From the NCBI RefSeq assembly GCF_006345805.1, contig NC_043000.1:37138001-37202000 (forward strand): a stretch of 64,000 nucleotides of DNA, in the 5' to 3' direction. The number at the start of each line of letters is the position of its first letter. Positions within the stretch are counted from its first letter, which is position 1. This document shows, piece by piece, positions 13,886 to 27,739 of this stretch. The notes below the pieces were generated by a model. It made no database searches. It was not told the origin of the DNA and worked only from the letters and a program-made list of their open reading frames with translations. The translations under genes were made by a program, and so were the position numbers. Origin of the DNA: Octopus sinensis. Taxonomy: Eukaryota.

Positions 13886-14676
13886 ATAAAGGAAAAAGTG
13901 TAAGATGAAAGTAGTTTCTGTGTTAAAAGTTCCATTGCATGTTGAGTGAGCAGGTTAATGTTTAGTGTGATGCAGGTTGCAGCTGAGGTGATAGAGATTT
14001 CAACAAGGACAGAATACCTTTCTCTAGAAATATAATACGAACCATTAATTCTTCAACATATGAACAATTCACTTGTGTAAGTGAAACTTTCAGTTCAATA
14101 GATTAGCATGTCTAGTTCTTTGTTTTGCTATTATTTTCTTCTCATGTACAACGTAAGTGTGAAAAGATCATCAGAGACCACAATTATCAGCTGATGAATA
14201 AAAAAAGAAAAAAAGTTAATGTATAAAAGCTGAAATCTAATTGCAATACAGAGCTGAGAGGTAAGTCGATGGTGAGGTGCTAAATTAACCAAGAATGCAA
14301 TGGAGAAATGTTACGACAGATACCCTAGTCAGGCTATTATGGAGCAGTTATGCACTTTATGGATAAATTATAACTCTACATTTTTATCACCTACATGATG
14401 TTAATATATGCTTGTTTGTGAAGGTAGGCAGAAGAATGAGAGACAAAATGTAATTTATAGTATTTCATTCCAGTTTGCCTTCTTCCCCATTTTTCTTTAT
14501 ATTTTTTTTGTTTTTGTTTTTGCATGTACAGATTTAAATCTGTCTGATATTCACTTCACTTTTCATTCCTAGTCAAATATGGAACTGATTTTATTCCCTT
14601 AACCTTCTACCAACCAATATATGTAGTCTTGGGGGCCATTGTTAGGAAATCATTATTATCAGTCCTCCTCCTCCAT

Positions 14677-14719
<43 letters not shown>

Positions 14720-16274
14720 CTGACATTGTCATTATAACCAGCATCATCACCATTGCTATCATTACCCTCATCATCAACATCATCATCATTTTATGTCCAC
14801 TTTATGTCATTCTATTGTGGCCCTTCATCGCCAGATACAAAAGAGATAACTACCAATGTCTGTTACGATTGTCATGATTTATCATCATCATCATCATCAT
14901 CATTATTAAGATGGTGAATTGGCAGAATCGATAAAATGCTTAGTGGCATTTCTTCCAGCTCTTTATGTTATGAGTTCAAATCCTGCTGAGGTCAACTTTG
15001 TCTCAATAAAAATAGTACCAACTGAGCATTGGGGGTCAATCTAATCAACTTACCCCTCCCCTAAACTGCTGACCATGAATCAAAATTAGAAAGAATTATC
15101 ATTAGTTTTTGGTGAGGTGATGATGGTACGGAGAAAGTGCATGTTTTGCTGCCCTGAATTCAAATCCCATCTAGGTTGACTTTGTTTGCATCTTTCTTGG
15201 GATCGATGGAAGAAGTACCAGTCATGCACTAAGGTCACATTAATCCAATGTCCATTCCCCGAATAACCTGGTAACCTCTTGAACACTCAGACACAATTCT
15301 GCTGTCACAGTACATAACGAATGCCAACTGGTAAACCAAACATACAGTTCAGCACTACACTGTAGAAGGGATCCACTGCTTGCAACCACAATGTGATCAC
15401 TTGATCTGTTAGAAATAGCAGCTGATTCTCCTACACTCCACACTTTGAAGTGATGAAAAATATAATGCTCTTGGACATTATATTGTCTTGGACTAAATGA
15501 TTAGAAGGTGATGGCTGGAACATATTTAATCATCAGTCAGCTTGATCAGGGCTAAACTGCACCACCAACAACAGATACATGTTGGTTCTGGATTAAACTG
15601 CTGTCTAAGAAGAATGGTAAAGTTGTTGGTTGCAATTCTACATTCTGGTGTTCCTGAATCTCTGAAAACACATGCACACACACATGCACACACACCTCAA
15701 ACAAATTCCATGATGAGGCATCTAAAGAGAGACTCAAAATACTAAAAAAATAGCAGGAAATTCTTTGTCATATCATACTGTATTGCCTTAAAAGTATGAA
15801 ATGAAACATTGGATAATGTATCTCTAGATAGACTCTTGAGTTCTTTGACTCTCTGTGTTGTTTTAAGGCTATGCTGGAGCACTGTTTCCAAGGTTGACTA
15901 TGTTATGTCTTTTATATCGGCTCCGCAGAGAGCCTTGCTGCTGCTGATGGTTTCAGTGTATCTAAGCTCTCTAGTTGGTGGATCAACAAATCAGTGGAGA
16001 TCACTCAGCCTTGCTTGAAGTTCTTTTGCAGATGAATGGTCAGCTACTTGAAAGACAACTGCAGCTGGATACATTTTAAAGTCTCAAAAGAAACTTTAGT
16101 CATGTGTTGTAATTCTTTTGGTAAACTGAAGACCTTTGAATGCCAATCAATTGTGATATAGATGCCAGATATGAGAATTTGAGAAAAGGAATGAGTTAGC
16201 AAAGTTTAGAGCAAGACTTTTAAGAATCTTGCACATATATATAATGCCATAGTGATGCCCTTATCAACAGTCTA

Positions 16275-16480
16275 AAATGGTTCTTAACCTTCTTAATATT
16301 TGGGCCAGATCCAAAACCCAGATTTTTTTTTAGTTGGGGAGAGGGCATACCAAAACAGATAAAACACAAGTTAAGTTAAAGAACAATTTATTATATTAAT
16401 AGAGGGAAAACTATCAAGGGTTGCTGGGAGGATTCTTGAGGGCCACATGGAGCCCTAGGAGCTACAGTTGAGAACCACTG
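16275..16480. mobile_element. Degenerate hAT-type MITE
   Basis: Right end agttgagaaccactg and eroded left end aaatggttcttaacc, related to the cagtggttctcaacc hAT TIR. No clean TSD. Confidence 0.55.
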
Positions 16481-19171
16481 ATCTCAAGTCTTCCTGGTAT
16501 GCTTTTACTCTCTGCTCTCCTTATTTGTTTTAGGAAGGAATATTTTACGTAACCAGACAAATAATATGTAGATATAACCTGTGCTACCATAGAACCAAAG
16601 TCATAAATGGTAGTCTAATCTACTGTCCACATGACATGGTGGAAGCAGGAATACAATATCTGAAAAATAAAAAAAAATGGTGAGGTGGTCATTGCCATAA
16701 TACCCTTGATCATAGTTTGGTTCAATCAAGACTGGTTTTGAGACAAACCAAAAACCAATAACACAACACCACAACATATAATCAGTCCTCTAAATCATGT
16801 TTTAAAAAAAAACTATTATGAGAAAAGAAAAAAATAAATAAACATAAACCACAGACACACAGACATATGTAGTAACAATTATCCTTTTATATGTTGTAGC
16901 AGTTTGCTTCAGGCAGACATTAAACATTACCATTGATACCGGGTGGACATAGAAAAAAAAAATAGATGTTGAATAAATCTTAACAGGAAAGACATAGAGT
17001 AAATCAAAGAATACAACAACAACAACAACAACCATTGATATGGTTTATAAGTGAGTTGTTAAGAGGCTTTCACATCAAATTGTCTGTAATTTGTGTCATA
17101 ATACACTTTACTTAGAGTAATGTCTGACAATTGGACGATAGACTGGAAATAGGTCTGTAAAATATTACACCATTCTTGGCAAAATAACATATATGGAATA
17201 TAAATACATATCACATACAATTGCAAACACACATATACATTAAAATACACAAACACTCTATACATTATACACATGGCATATCATCATAATACATACATAC
17301 TGTATATATATATATATTGTATGTGTGTATATATATTGTATGTGTGTGTGTGTGAATCAATAGCTATATATTTTATAATATTTTCTTTATATGTTAGTTG
17401 TTTCTTTTTACATTTTCAGGAATTCAACTCATTGACCCACCTCTGACCTTCCATACATTCAGGTCATTGGCAAAATGCCTCATAGTAACCTTGTATTCTT
17501 TTTGGAAACTGAAAGTGTTTCTATTTTAGCTTCTTTGCTCTAAATATTTTTCCAGATTTAACAGCACATTTAGAGAATGTATTTGTTTTGGAAACACTCA
17601 TTATATACATCATTTATCAATGCTTACCTTAGTTGAAAGGTTTCGCAAATTTACACATTCACAGCAATTGTTTGACCATTGCATATTCCTTCTTGTGTTG
17701 TGTATATACTTCTGTCTTGCATTACCTAAGTTGGTGTCACATTAGCCCTTGGTGGTCCCTGACCAAACAACAACCAGCCAACACCAACCTGCCTATATTT
17801 TCTTCATACATTGTATCTAGCTCTACATCATCTATGAAATATATTTATAATATGTATACAATGTGTTTGCATTATCTTTACAATATGTTCTTTCTTTTGT
17901 CTCAAAATGGCTGGTTGGCAGGGTTAGGGTTAGGGTTAAACAAAATGTCTTTCAGCATTCATTGCTGTTCTTTGTGTTCTGAGTTCACTTCTTACTGGAG
18001 TCAACCTTGCATTTTATCCATAAAATACCAGTCTAAGACATCAGATTGGCAGAATTGTTACAGCATTGTTATTTCCTCTAGCATTTAACATTCTGAGTTC
18101 AAATTCCACATTCCTATCACTGGCTTTCTTCTTTGTGTGAAGCAGATATTTTAGGACAGAATAAACAGTACCAGCCCCCCCCCCCGCTTCAAATTCAGGC
18201 CGAGTATCATACTGATTAGAGCAAGAACTCAGTGAGTCATTGAAACAAATGGGGCCTGTACAATGCTGAATAAATTCTAGGTCAGGAAAAAAGAATGGGT
18301 ATAATTTAAGGGAGATTTGGCTGCTATTTTTAGTGGGTCAAGCAGTGAAGTTGAGACTCCCTTGATTTGAATGTTACCTAGTTACTGAGAGTATGAGATA
18401 GAAGCATAAATATGATGGTATACATGAAATTTAGGTCTCAAATTCAAGACCCTACAACATATAAATGAATAGTTTAAGGTCTCAATATCCATGCATTTCA
18501 CCTGTAGAAGACTATCTTAGCACCTTAAGGACATATTCATTATAACTTTGGGCAAACATTCTAACTCCTTCTCTACAAGGTCCCTACTAAATTAAAAATA
18601 CTAATCAAGCAGACCAATGATCAAAACATTTTTCTCCTTTTCTCAAGCTTTGTTTATCAAAGATTATATCATTTATGTGTCCCTGACTTTTCAGCACAGT
18701 ATGATGTAGCATGTGTAAGATTTGGCTGTTACTACTAGCATACTGAGCAAGCAATCCCCACCAAAGAACTTTCCTCATTAGTGTGAAAGTAGTGAGGCCA
18801 TTAAGGTTTTATTTGCTAATTGCAACAACACTTGTATTGGTGGATCTTTTACAATGCTTCTACATATGGTACTGCACTCAAATCTAAATTACTGTGGGCA
18901 ACTATCATCATTTGCCCCATCCAACATATACAATTACTTGATAAAATTAAGTGATTATGTTTTCGCTAGTTTGTTTGCCTTTTTGATTTCTTCAGTGACC
19001 ACTCAAGTCTCTCAGAAACTTCTGAAGCCAACAAGTACAAATGAGCAATGAGTTATACAAAGATTGAAACTGCTTCTGTGAGGCAGCAAATACAGTAGCT
19101 AAATAATGCCTCATCAGAAAGAGGAGGAAAACATTGGATAATGTATTTTCAGGACACTCAGAGATTCTTAC

Positions 19172-19675
19172 TCATTCATCTGTCATTGATGACGTTGACT
19201 AAAGCTGCCACATAGTTGAAGATGGGGTAGAGTGTGTCCGGCTGTGGCCAATCTGCAGGTTGGGCACTGCTGGTCTGTTGAGACTGAAGGCAAGGAGTTG
19301 TCTCTGGACTTGCTGAGTTCACACTTTCTTTGTGTCCCTGCAATTCTCTTCTGTTCACAGGAGGCAGCACCTCTGTTGGTGCAGCTTCACTAGGCAGGGC
19401 ATTTCCCAGGTGTCAGAGTTGATCTCAAAGCTCTTTAGTGAGGCTTTGAGTGTGTCCTTGGAGTGCTTTTACTCTCCACCTTATGTGCACTTGCCTTCCA
19501 TCAGTTTGCTGAAAGTCAATTTCTTAAGGAGTTTTATGCCAGGTATTCGAATAAAGTGGCCTGCCCACCTGACTTGCACTCTCCTCAGCAGTGTGTAAAT
19601 GCTTGGCAGATCAGCTTGAGAGAGGCTCTCTTTGCCTGAGACCTTGTCTTACCAGGTGATTTTCAACAGCTGAAA
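19172..19675 (-). mobile_element. RTE-clade LINE 3' fragment
   Basis: Minus-strand translation LLKITW*DKVSGKESLSQADLPSIYTLLRRVQVRWAGHFIRIPGIKLLKKLTFSKLMEGK...KDTLKASLKSFEINSDTWE, which is typical of the RTE C-terminus. Confidence 0.92.
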
Positions 19676-20927
19676 CACATACAATCACTGGTATACTACT
19701 CCATAAGGCTTAACCTAGGGCTAAACAATAAGAACAATAAATGCAGATTTTATCCTCAGCACATAAAAAGAAAAATACATGAAATATCATCATCAAAAAC
19801 CTCTATTTATAGAAGAATTTGTCAAACTAGTATTTTAGAGCTTGACATTCTTTCCATGAAAAAATATCCAATAATATAAAGTAAGAAAAGTGAGTGAAAC
19901 AGAGATAGCCATAATGTATTTGGAGTAAATTTAGTAATGTTCTTTGACTAATATCTACTTCAAAAAAGAAAAAAAAAATTAATGACTCAATGAAGGAAAG
20001 ATGAACACATTTTCAGCACTTGAAACTGGGTTGTAGGATTAATGGACCAGACATAATTCTGTGATGTCTCCTCTATAGTAATAATTCCTAACCCAGAGAT
20101 AAACTCCTCTCCACCAGATAAGATTACTGTCTTGTTGCAGTGAAATTCCTAAATATTTAACATTTTAAATCTTTGATGTCTTTATCACAAAACTCTTCAA
20201 TGGTTTAGAGTTTTCAAAATTCTGAAAATCTGTTTCAGGCATCCATTGATCCAACATTTAGAATTAGATAAAATCTGTATTTAATTATTCTTAAAATGTT
20301 GGCTTTATATTGTTTGTTCTGCTTATTTTCTTCTAGTTTTACTTGTTTCCTTTTCTATTGTTATTTATTATATTTTTGTTTCATTAAATTATGATCAAGT
20401 TTGCTTTATCTAGCTCCACCATAATATCCTCGTTAATATTCAACAGCTCTCAGTTATCATAATTGTACTTTATAATTTGCATTTATATCTGTTTTCAACT
20501 AGCTTTTCCACCTTTCTGTCATTTTAAGAAGGTCAGCAACTAAAACTGCATGTGTTTGGAACAGACATATTTAAAACAAATAATTAACTGGATTGAGGAG
20601 AAAACAACACTACAAACACGTCATCATCATCATTATCATCATTTAAAATATGTTTCCCATGTTGGCAATGGGTTGGACAGTTTGACAGGAACTGGTAAGT
20701 CAGAAGACTGTGCCAAGCTTCACTGATACTGTTTTGGCATGGTTTAAATAACAGGATACCCTCCTTATTGCCAACTACTTTACAGAATGTACAGGGTGCT
20801 TTTTATGTGGCACTAGCAGCAGTGAGGTCACCAACTGATGGTGAGGGAAGTAGTAGTATTGAGGGATGAAAATAGGTGTCTTGCAGTAGAGGAGAAATAT
20901 GGGGTACCTGAGGAGGAGAGAGGGTGA

Positions 20928-20958
<31 letters not shown>

Positions 20959-21328
20959 TAAGATGGTGAAGATGTGATGGAGCATACACCCAAGTTGCAG
21001 GGAGGTATATATAATGAAATGGATTGAAGGTTGTAAAGAGTGAGTGGATGGATGTTTGTGAGATTGTGAAAGAAGAGTGGGGGGTGGAGGGGGAATATAG
21101 TGAGTGAACACAGGTAGGGGGAAGGGGTATTAGGAGAATATGTTATGAGGAAGAAATTCAACAATGACTAATGACTAACCTAAGTTGAGGAGTACATTCT
21201 TCAACTGGAAAGGCCTTTGCATTTAGAAACAACCATTTATTCCACTTTCTACTAAACACCTATTAAATCTACTTATTTTACACTAAATGAAGTAAAATAA
21301 ACTTTTCTTTAGTTACTTTCTGGGGTGA

Positions 21329-21368
<40 letters not shown>

Positions 21369-21619
21369 TATTTTTACCTATGGTAAATTTAGATAATCTA
21401 CTCATGGACACTGGATTTTTTTCAACAATTTTATTATCAACTCCATGGAGAAGAAAAACTCAATAAAACTAGCAGAACATTGAAAACTGAGAAGAATTGG
21501 GCAGAATATCTAAGATGGCTTCAAAATATTCAGTGCTGTGAATTAATATGAAGCCAGCGTTCTGCTCTATCAGTTTGTCTCCATCTTAGAATGCTCAGAG
21601 ATTGACTTTACACTTGAGT

Positions 21620-21850
21620 GTTCATTGGCTAGTTGAAATATTGATCTTAGCACAAAGAACAGAGGTGCCAATGATTAAATTCTTCAATCACCAATGATAA
21701 AGATTTCCATGGCCCTTATCACTGACTATCTGCCAATCATAAGAGCCATGTTTCACAATCCTACAAGGAAGTCTATTGCTTGGCAGCCGGAAACAAATGA
21801 TTCGTGACATTTAATCTAATATCACTCCAATATCTCAGTTATTTGCATAT
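21620..21850. promoter_or_regulatory. Possible promoter/enhancer: clustered CCAAT boxes, GATA sites and an octamer
   Basis: ATTGG 21624; CCAAT 21668, 21691, 21733 and 21827; GATAA about 21696; CTTATC 21715; ATTTGCAT 21841. Non-repetitive context. Motif presence only. Confidence 0.25.
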
Positions 21851-22509
21851 CCAGATAAAACATGTTCAATTCATTCACAGAATTATACAATATACCAACT
21901 ACTTAAATACTTTACAATGTTTCCAACTTAATTTGTAGGATTTTTTTTTCCTTTTCACCATTTTTGCAACTCAGTATTTTTACATATACATATATGAATG
22001 AATATGGGTTGGATGGTTCTGTAAATACACACAATTGCAAGGTGAGAGTGTTTCTAAAGACTAGATCATTGTAGTTGTGTATGGTATATTCCTGGCAATA
22101 AAATTTGCTAATCCATCTCCAAGCCTTCATTTAACTATACTTAGCTCCAATACAGCTAAAGTAAGATTTTCTGTTTTTACTTTATGCCAGAGTATATAGA
22201 ATATTTTTCAAGTGAGAAATTGAAATTGAACAGTACCATTTGTAACAGGATATTGGCTAATATTACAGATCAACTAGTATTAGGAAATAGAAAATATTGA
22301 TATTAAAGAATAGTAATAAAATAGTGTTAAGATATCAAATATGAATAATATTCATGAGTGTTAATAAAATAAACTAGTAGCAAAATATAGAATAGCATAA
22401 ATATTGAAGAATAGTAGTAAGATATCCAATAAACTAGTTGAATATCATCTTACTTTTACCCTTCCATACTTGACATTACTGGCACTAAAAAATAGACCTG
22501 GTTCTTATG

Positions 22510-22946
22510 GTATATGAAGGCAATAAGTGTATATGAAGATAGTGTGAGTATATGAAGACAATGAGTGTATATGAAGATAGTGTGAGTATATGAAGACAAT
22601 GAGTGTATATGAAGATAGTGTGAGTATATGAAGACAATGAGTGTATATGAAGATAGTGTGAGTATATGAAGACAATGAGTGTATATGAAGATAGTGTGAG
22701 TATATGAAGACAATGAGTGTATATGAAGATAGTGTGAGTATATGAAGACAATGAGTGTATATGAAGATAGTGTGAGTATATGAAGGCAATGAGTGTATAT
22801 GAAGATAGTGTGTGAGTATATGAAGACAATGAGTGTATATGAAGATAGTGTGAGTATCTGAAGGCAATGAGTGTATATGAAGATAGTGTGAGTATCTGAA
22901 GGCAATGAGTGTATATGAAGATAGTGTGAGTATCTGAAGACAATGA
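22510..22946. repeat. Minisatellite, 38-bp unit (two diverged 19-mers), about 11.5 copies
   Basis: Unit gtgtatatgaagatagtgt+gagtatatgaagacaatga; one extra tg near 22810; tatctgaag variants only in the last copies. Confidence 0.95.
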
Positions 22947-23431
22947 CTGTGATTTTCAGGAGATTTGTAATTGTTTTTTTGACAGGTCAAGTTAACGTTC
23001 TATTCTATTGTTACAAGGTTAAATGGGTTATCATTGTTTAGCCCTACATCAGCTTTGATTGAGCAGACCTATGAAGAAAGGTGTTTTAGCCAGACCCATC
23101 TCTCTTTTCCCAGGCTTAGCATAAGATTACATTGTCCTTCCTTTTTTTTTTTTTTGTTTAAACTAGTAGCTATTTCTAGTTGAAGTTTCTTCAGAGGGAA
23201 TTAGTATTGTTAGCCATTGGCTTATGTTCAACCCTACCAAATGGAATGGCATCCATGTCTTTTCTTCTCTTTTAATCAACATAACCCTCTTTTTCTTCAT
23301 CTTCATCATCCTTCTTCCTTTTACCCCACTCTTCTGCAGACCCTCAACCACCCTCACACACTTTCTATATCATCATGAACCATCACACATTTTTATTCTC
23401 TTAACCTTACTCATATTACAAAGTCTGCTCA

Positions 23432-23462
<31 letters not shown>

Positions 23463-23999
23463 GCATGCACACAGACACGCATGTACACACACACACACAC
23501 ACGCATGCACACACACGCATGCACACACACACACGCATGCACACACAGACACACACGCACACACGCACACACACACAAACACAAACACACACACACACAA
23601 GACAAAATTCCCAACAAAATAAGAATTTTAGGAATTGTTCAGTAATTTCTCTCTTGTTAGAATATGTAGAGTGTACTGGTTGACCTTGTCGTATTCAGTG
23701 GTGGTGGCATGTCGGATGTTGATGTTAGTATGTAAAGTGGTGTAGTGTGGTGGTGTGTGTTGTGTATAGAGATAGTGGTGCACATGTGTTTGGTAGCACA
23801 ATGCTGGTTTGGTAGCACAATGAGGCACAGTCCAAAGACCCAGACCAGATAAATGATGTCACTACATAGCTGAAAGCCATAATCTCCACTGTAAAACATG
23901 TAGTAGTTCATGTCTAATCCAAAGTCAACCCTGGTTAGAAAGATCTCTGATGAAAGATGTTCCAGCTATGACCAGCCCAGCATTTCATATTCTTTTATT

Positions 24000-24385
24000 C
24001 TTTCATTTGTTTCAGTCGTTTGACTGCAGCCATGCTGGAGCACTGCCTTTAGTTGAACAAATCGACCCCAGGACTTATTCTTTGTAAGCCTGGTACTTAT
24101 TCTATCGGTCTCTTTTGCTGAACTGCTAAGCTATGGGGACGTAAACACACCAACATTGGTTGTCAAGCGATGGTAGTGAGGACAAACACCAACAACACAC
24201 ACACACACACATATATATACACACATGACAGGCTTCTTCCAGTTTCTATCTACCAAATCCACTCACAAGGCTTTGGTCAGCCCGAGGCTATAGTAGAAGA
24301 CACTAGCCCAAGGTGCCATGCAGTGGAACTGAACCTGGAGTCATGTGGTTGGTAAGCAAGCTACTTACCACACAGCCACTCCTGC
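24000..24385 (-). mobile_element. Family A SINE, near full length
   Basis: Reverse-complement of 34041-34426 along its whole length. Confidence 0.9.
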
Positions 24386-26131
24386 ATCTATTTACCATTT
24401 TTTTCTTTAGACAGTAGAGTGTAATTTGTTGGCAATTTGACTGCTATTCCTAACAGGTTAAGTGACCACATACAATCTTCCTTAAAAGATATGGTTTATT
24501 GTATGGGGCACAGTATGATAGTCTATGTAAATTTTCTTCACTGCCAACTTTGTTATAGCTTCTGTTTTCATACCTCTCAAGTCATTGACCAAGACTTCTG
24601 ACCCATGGACAGCCATATCTCCTCACTCTACCTCTGCTATTGCTACTACAATGGCCTCCATCCCTTTAAGACAGTGTGGACTGCCTCCACCCAACATACT
24701 TGTCTCTCCTCCTCTCATATTATATTCCTCCCAACCTGCACTAACCACTTGTTGTTGTTGCTGTTTTTTTTTTATCTAATCCTTTACTCCCAAAATGTCA
24801 ATCTTCTAGAATTCCCTTTTCAAGCTGACATGTTTTTCTGAGAGTCTTCATGTTGTACAAGATGAACATTAACAATGTTGATTTCCCAACTCCTGATGGT
24901 ATGAACATCCTGACACAGTGTTTGGAACCACTGAGGTAATGCCGCCTGCATTGGTACTTAGCCCCAGGTCAACTCTGATCAAGGAGACCTAAAACCAAAA
25001 GCATTCTAGCCATTACCATCCTGTCATACAGCATTATTCAGAGCCTATCTTCTTATAAAAGACAAGAGGAAATGATTTTCTGAGATATCTGGTTGCTATT
25101 TCTTGCAAAATGGGAACCTATATAGAAACTTCCTTAATAGTTCATAGAGATGATTTTTACATAAGTATGTACCTTAGTACCTGGGCTGAGACAGTGTTTA
25201 AACAGCTGTTGTTTAGCCCTAACTCAGCCCTGACTGAGGAAGCCTATGATCAAAGACATTTTAATTGTGACCATTCTACGTTTGAGGAACCTAAAACCAT
25301 GCCCAATACATTCTGTTTTGAGGTGGTTTGATAACAGATTTAGCTGCTATTTCTAACAACTCAAGCAACCACATAGAGACTCTGTTGTTGGTTCAGTTGT
25401 TTGAAATGGAGTGCTAGGGTTGGTGTAAAAGAATGTCTGGGTGTTTGAGGGTGACTGAGTTGTAAGTAGTATTAGTAGCAGTAGTAGTAATAATGTATAG
25501 GTAAGATGCAGTGATGGTATGTAGTTGGGGTAGAAGAATGTGTATGGGGGTGGTGAGTATGTGGGTGGTTTTGATGTGTATGTGATGGTGGTGATGGTGC
25601 TGGTGATATTTGGGGATACCTCTGTGTGTGTGTGTGTGTGTGTGTGTGTACATGAAATATTAGTGAGGTACTCAGTGTAGCTAGGCAGATGGAAGGGTAT
25701 CGGGTGTGGCAGCATAAGGGTGGCAGTGGGGGTGATGATGGTGTAGCAAAATTGTTCAAGGTAGGTCTTTAGAAAGATAGATTACCTGTGTAATGTCGAG
25801 AACAGCTCAGTTAGCTAAGTACACTGACATATTAGGTTAGCTGTGGGATGGTGAGATGAAGAGGAGAGAGAGTAAGAGAGAAGGGAATGGATAGAGAGAG
25901 AGAGAGAGAGTAAGAGAGAAGGGAATAGAGAGAGAGAGAGAGAGAGAAATTTCATACCTGATGCATCTCACCCCTTCTTTGCTCTTTTCATTCTCTCTCA
26001 ACAGATGATGAGGATGCCAATGATGATAATGATAGCAATGGTGATGCTGATGATGCTTGTGCTGGTGATATTAATGATAATGATAAAGAAGGAATAGATC
26101 AAGCTGAAGCAAAGTGTGTGTGTATGTGTGT

Positions 26132-26174
<43 letters not shown>

Positions 26175-26381
26175 AAGAGAGATAACTAAAGAGAAAAACA
26201 TGAAAGTCTTGACATCTGCAATTCAGTTTCAGCATCCTCACCAATATTTTCCAGCTCAACCTCTTTAATTTTTCTATTCTCCCTCTTTACTCTTTGTATG
26301 TCTGTCTATCTCCATTTCCTTCTCTGTATGCACATATCTATTTATCTATCTATCTATCTATCTATCTATTTATCTATCAGT

Positions 26382-26428
<47 letters not shown>

Positions 26429-27422
26429 TGTGTGTGTATTATGCATTGATCCTTACTTTATCTTTATTCATAACTGTACACACACTCCCAAAATTTCTTT
26501 CCTCTTTCTGCTCCCCCCCCCCCCAATTTAAATCCAAAATTCATTCCATCCTCAACCCCACCACTCTTTCTCTCTCTCTCTCTCTCTCTTCTCTCTGTTT
26601 AATAACTTCAGTTTCTTAGCACCTCATTCCTGTAAGTTTCATTCTCTCTTTTACACTCCATCACTCACTCCGCCACCCTCACTTTGTTGAGGCATTCTGT
26701 GATTTTTCTTTTTCCCTACGACAGTTACCATCTTCTCTTTACTGCTTCCTCTCTCTATTCATTTTGCAACTCCATCCTGTCCCACCCTCATTGAAAAACC
26801 TTTATATCTCATCACAATCACTTTTGGTTTTGTTTATTTCTTGTTCCTCCTCCTCCTTTTACCATTTCCACACACTGTGGCAGTTGGTGTTTGTTTGCAT
26901 GCTTGTGTGTGTGTTTTGAAGATGATATTTTGCTCTAGTGATTTATTTTCGTCAGTACCACCACCGCTAACAACCGCCACTAGTTATAATAACAACAGCT
27001 TCATCACCAATAATAACAACAGCAAAAAAACATTTCCTACTCTTTCTAAGCCTCTGAACTCATGAAGCAGACAACAACAATAACAAACAAAATAATAGGT
27101 TCTCCTATCTAGGCACAATGGCCAATTTTGGTAAGGGATAAGGAATAGCTGATTAAAATGCAATTTCAACAATATTGCTGATATTAATTAATTTGTGGAG
27201 ACAGGATGAAGGGCAAAATAATTATTACTCTGTTGAGATTTGAACACAAAATCATAATGTAACTAAATAATTGCTCATATTTGTTCATATTATACACCTC
27301 TGTAGCTTCGACACCCCAGTATGGGCAATGCACATGAGCTGAAAATGGTAAAAGAATGTGTGTATATGTATATATATATCTATGACATTAAACGATGATG
27401 ATGATGATGATATGTATGTGTT

Positions 27423-27481
<59 letters not shown>

Positions 27482-27681
27482 AATAAGAAAATGGAGAGGA
27501 TACAAAAACGATATACATCAGCCAGTAGACATTCTAGTATGTCTATTTATTCCAATGTATTAGAATGTATTAGAAGAATACATGCACATGTAATAACTAT
27601 GTGTTATACACACACACACATGTACTAATATTACAGAAAGGAGCAAAAGATCAGATTGTCAGAAGGTACTAAGTTCCTTAC

Positions 27682-27739
27682 GGCCGTTTCTGTCAAGAGG
27701 CAACAAAATCCTCCATGCCATCTCCATCTCCTCAGTGTT
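27682..27739 (-). other. Candidate 58-nt coding exon (NTEEMEMAWRILLPLDRNG)
   Basis: Acceptor tctgcccatccctacag| and donor GCC|gtaagg; non-repetitive, open frame. No homologue recognised. Confidence 0.25.

Noticed and set aside
14120-14175. CTGATGA followed by a stem on the minus strand as a hammerhead
   Set aside because: GAAA is out of register with the stem, and there is no helix III or helix I.
15880-16075. Minus-strand frame MYPAAVVF...LSDLH-TGA-FVDPPTRELRY... as a possible selenoprotein
   Set aside because: No recognisable selenoprotein family, no Cys/Sec motif, and no SECIS that I could identify.
17921-17938. Interstitial telomeric (TTAGGG) repeat
   Set aside because: Only about three units; expected by chance or trivial.
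22510-22946. CRISPR-like appearance of the 38-bp array (also the 27-bp array at 34734-34974)
   Set aside because: Units are contiguous with no unique spacers, there are no cas genes, and the context is eukaryotic.
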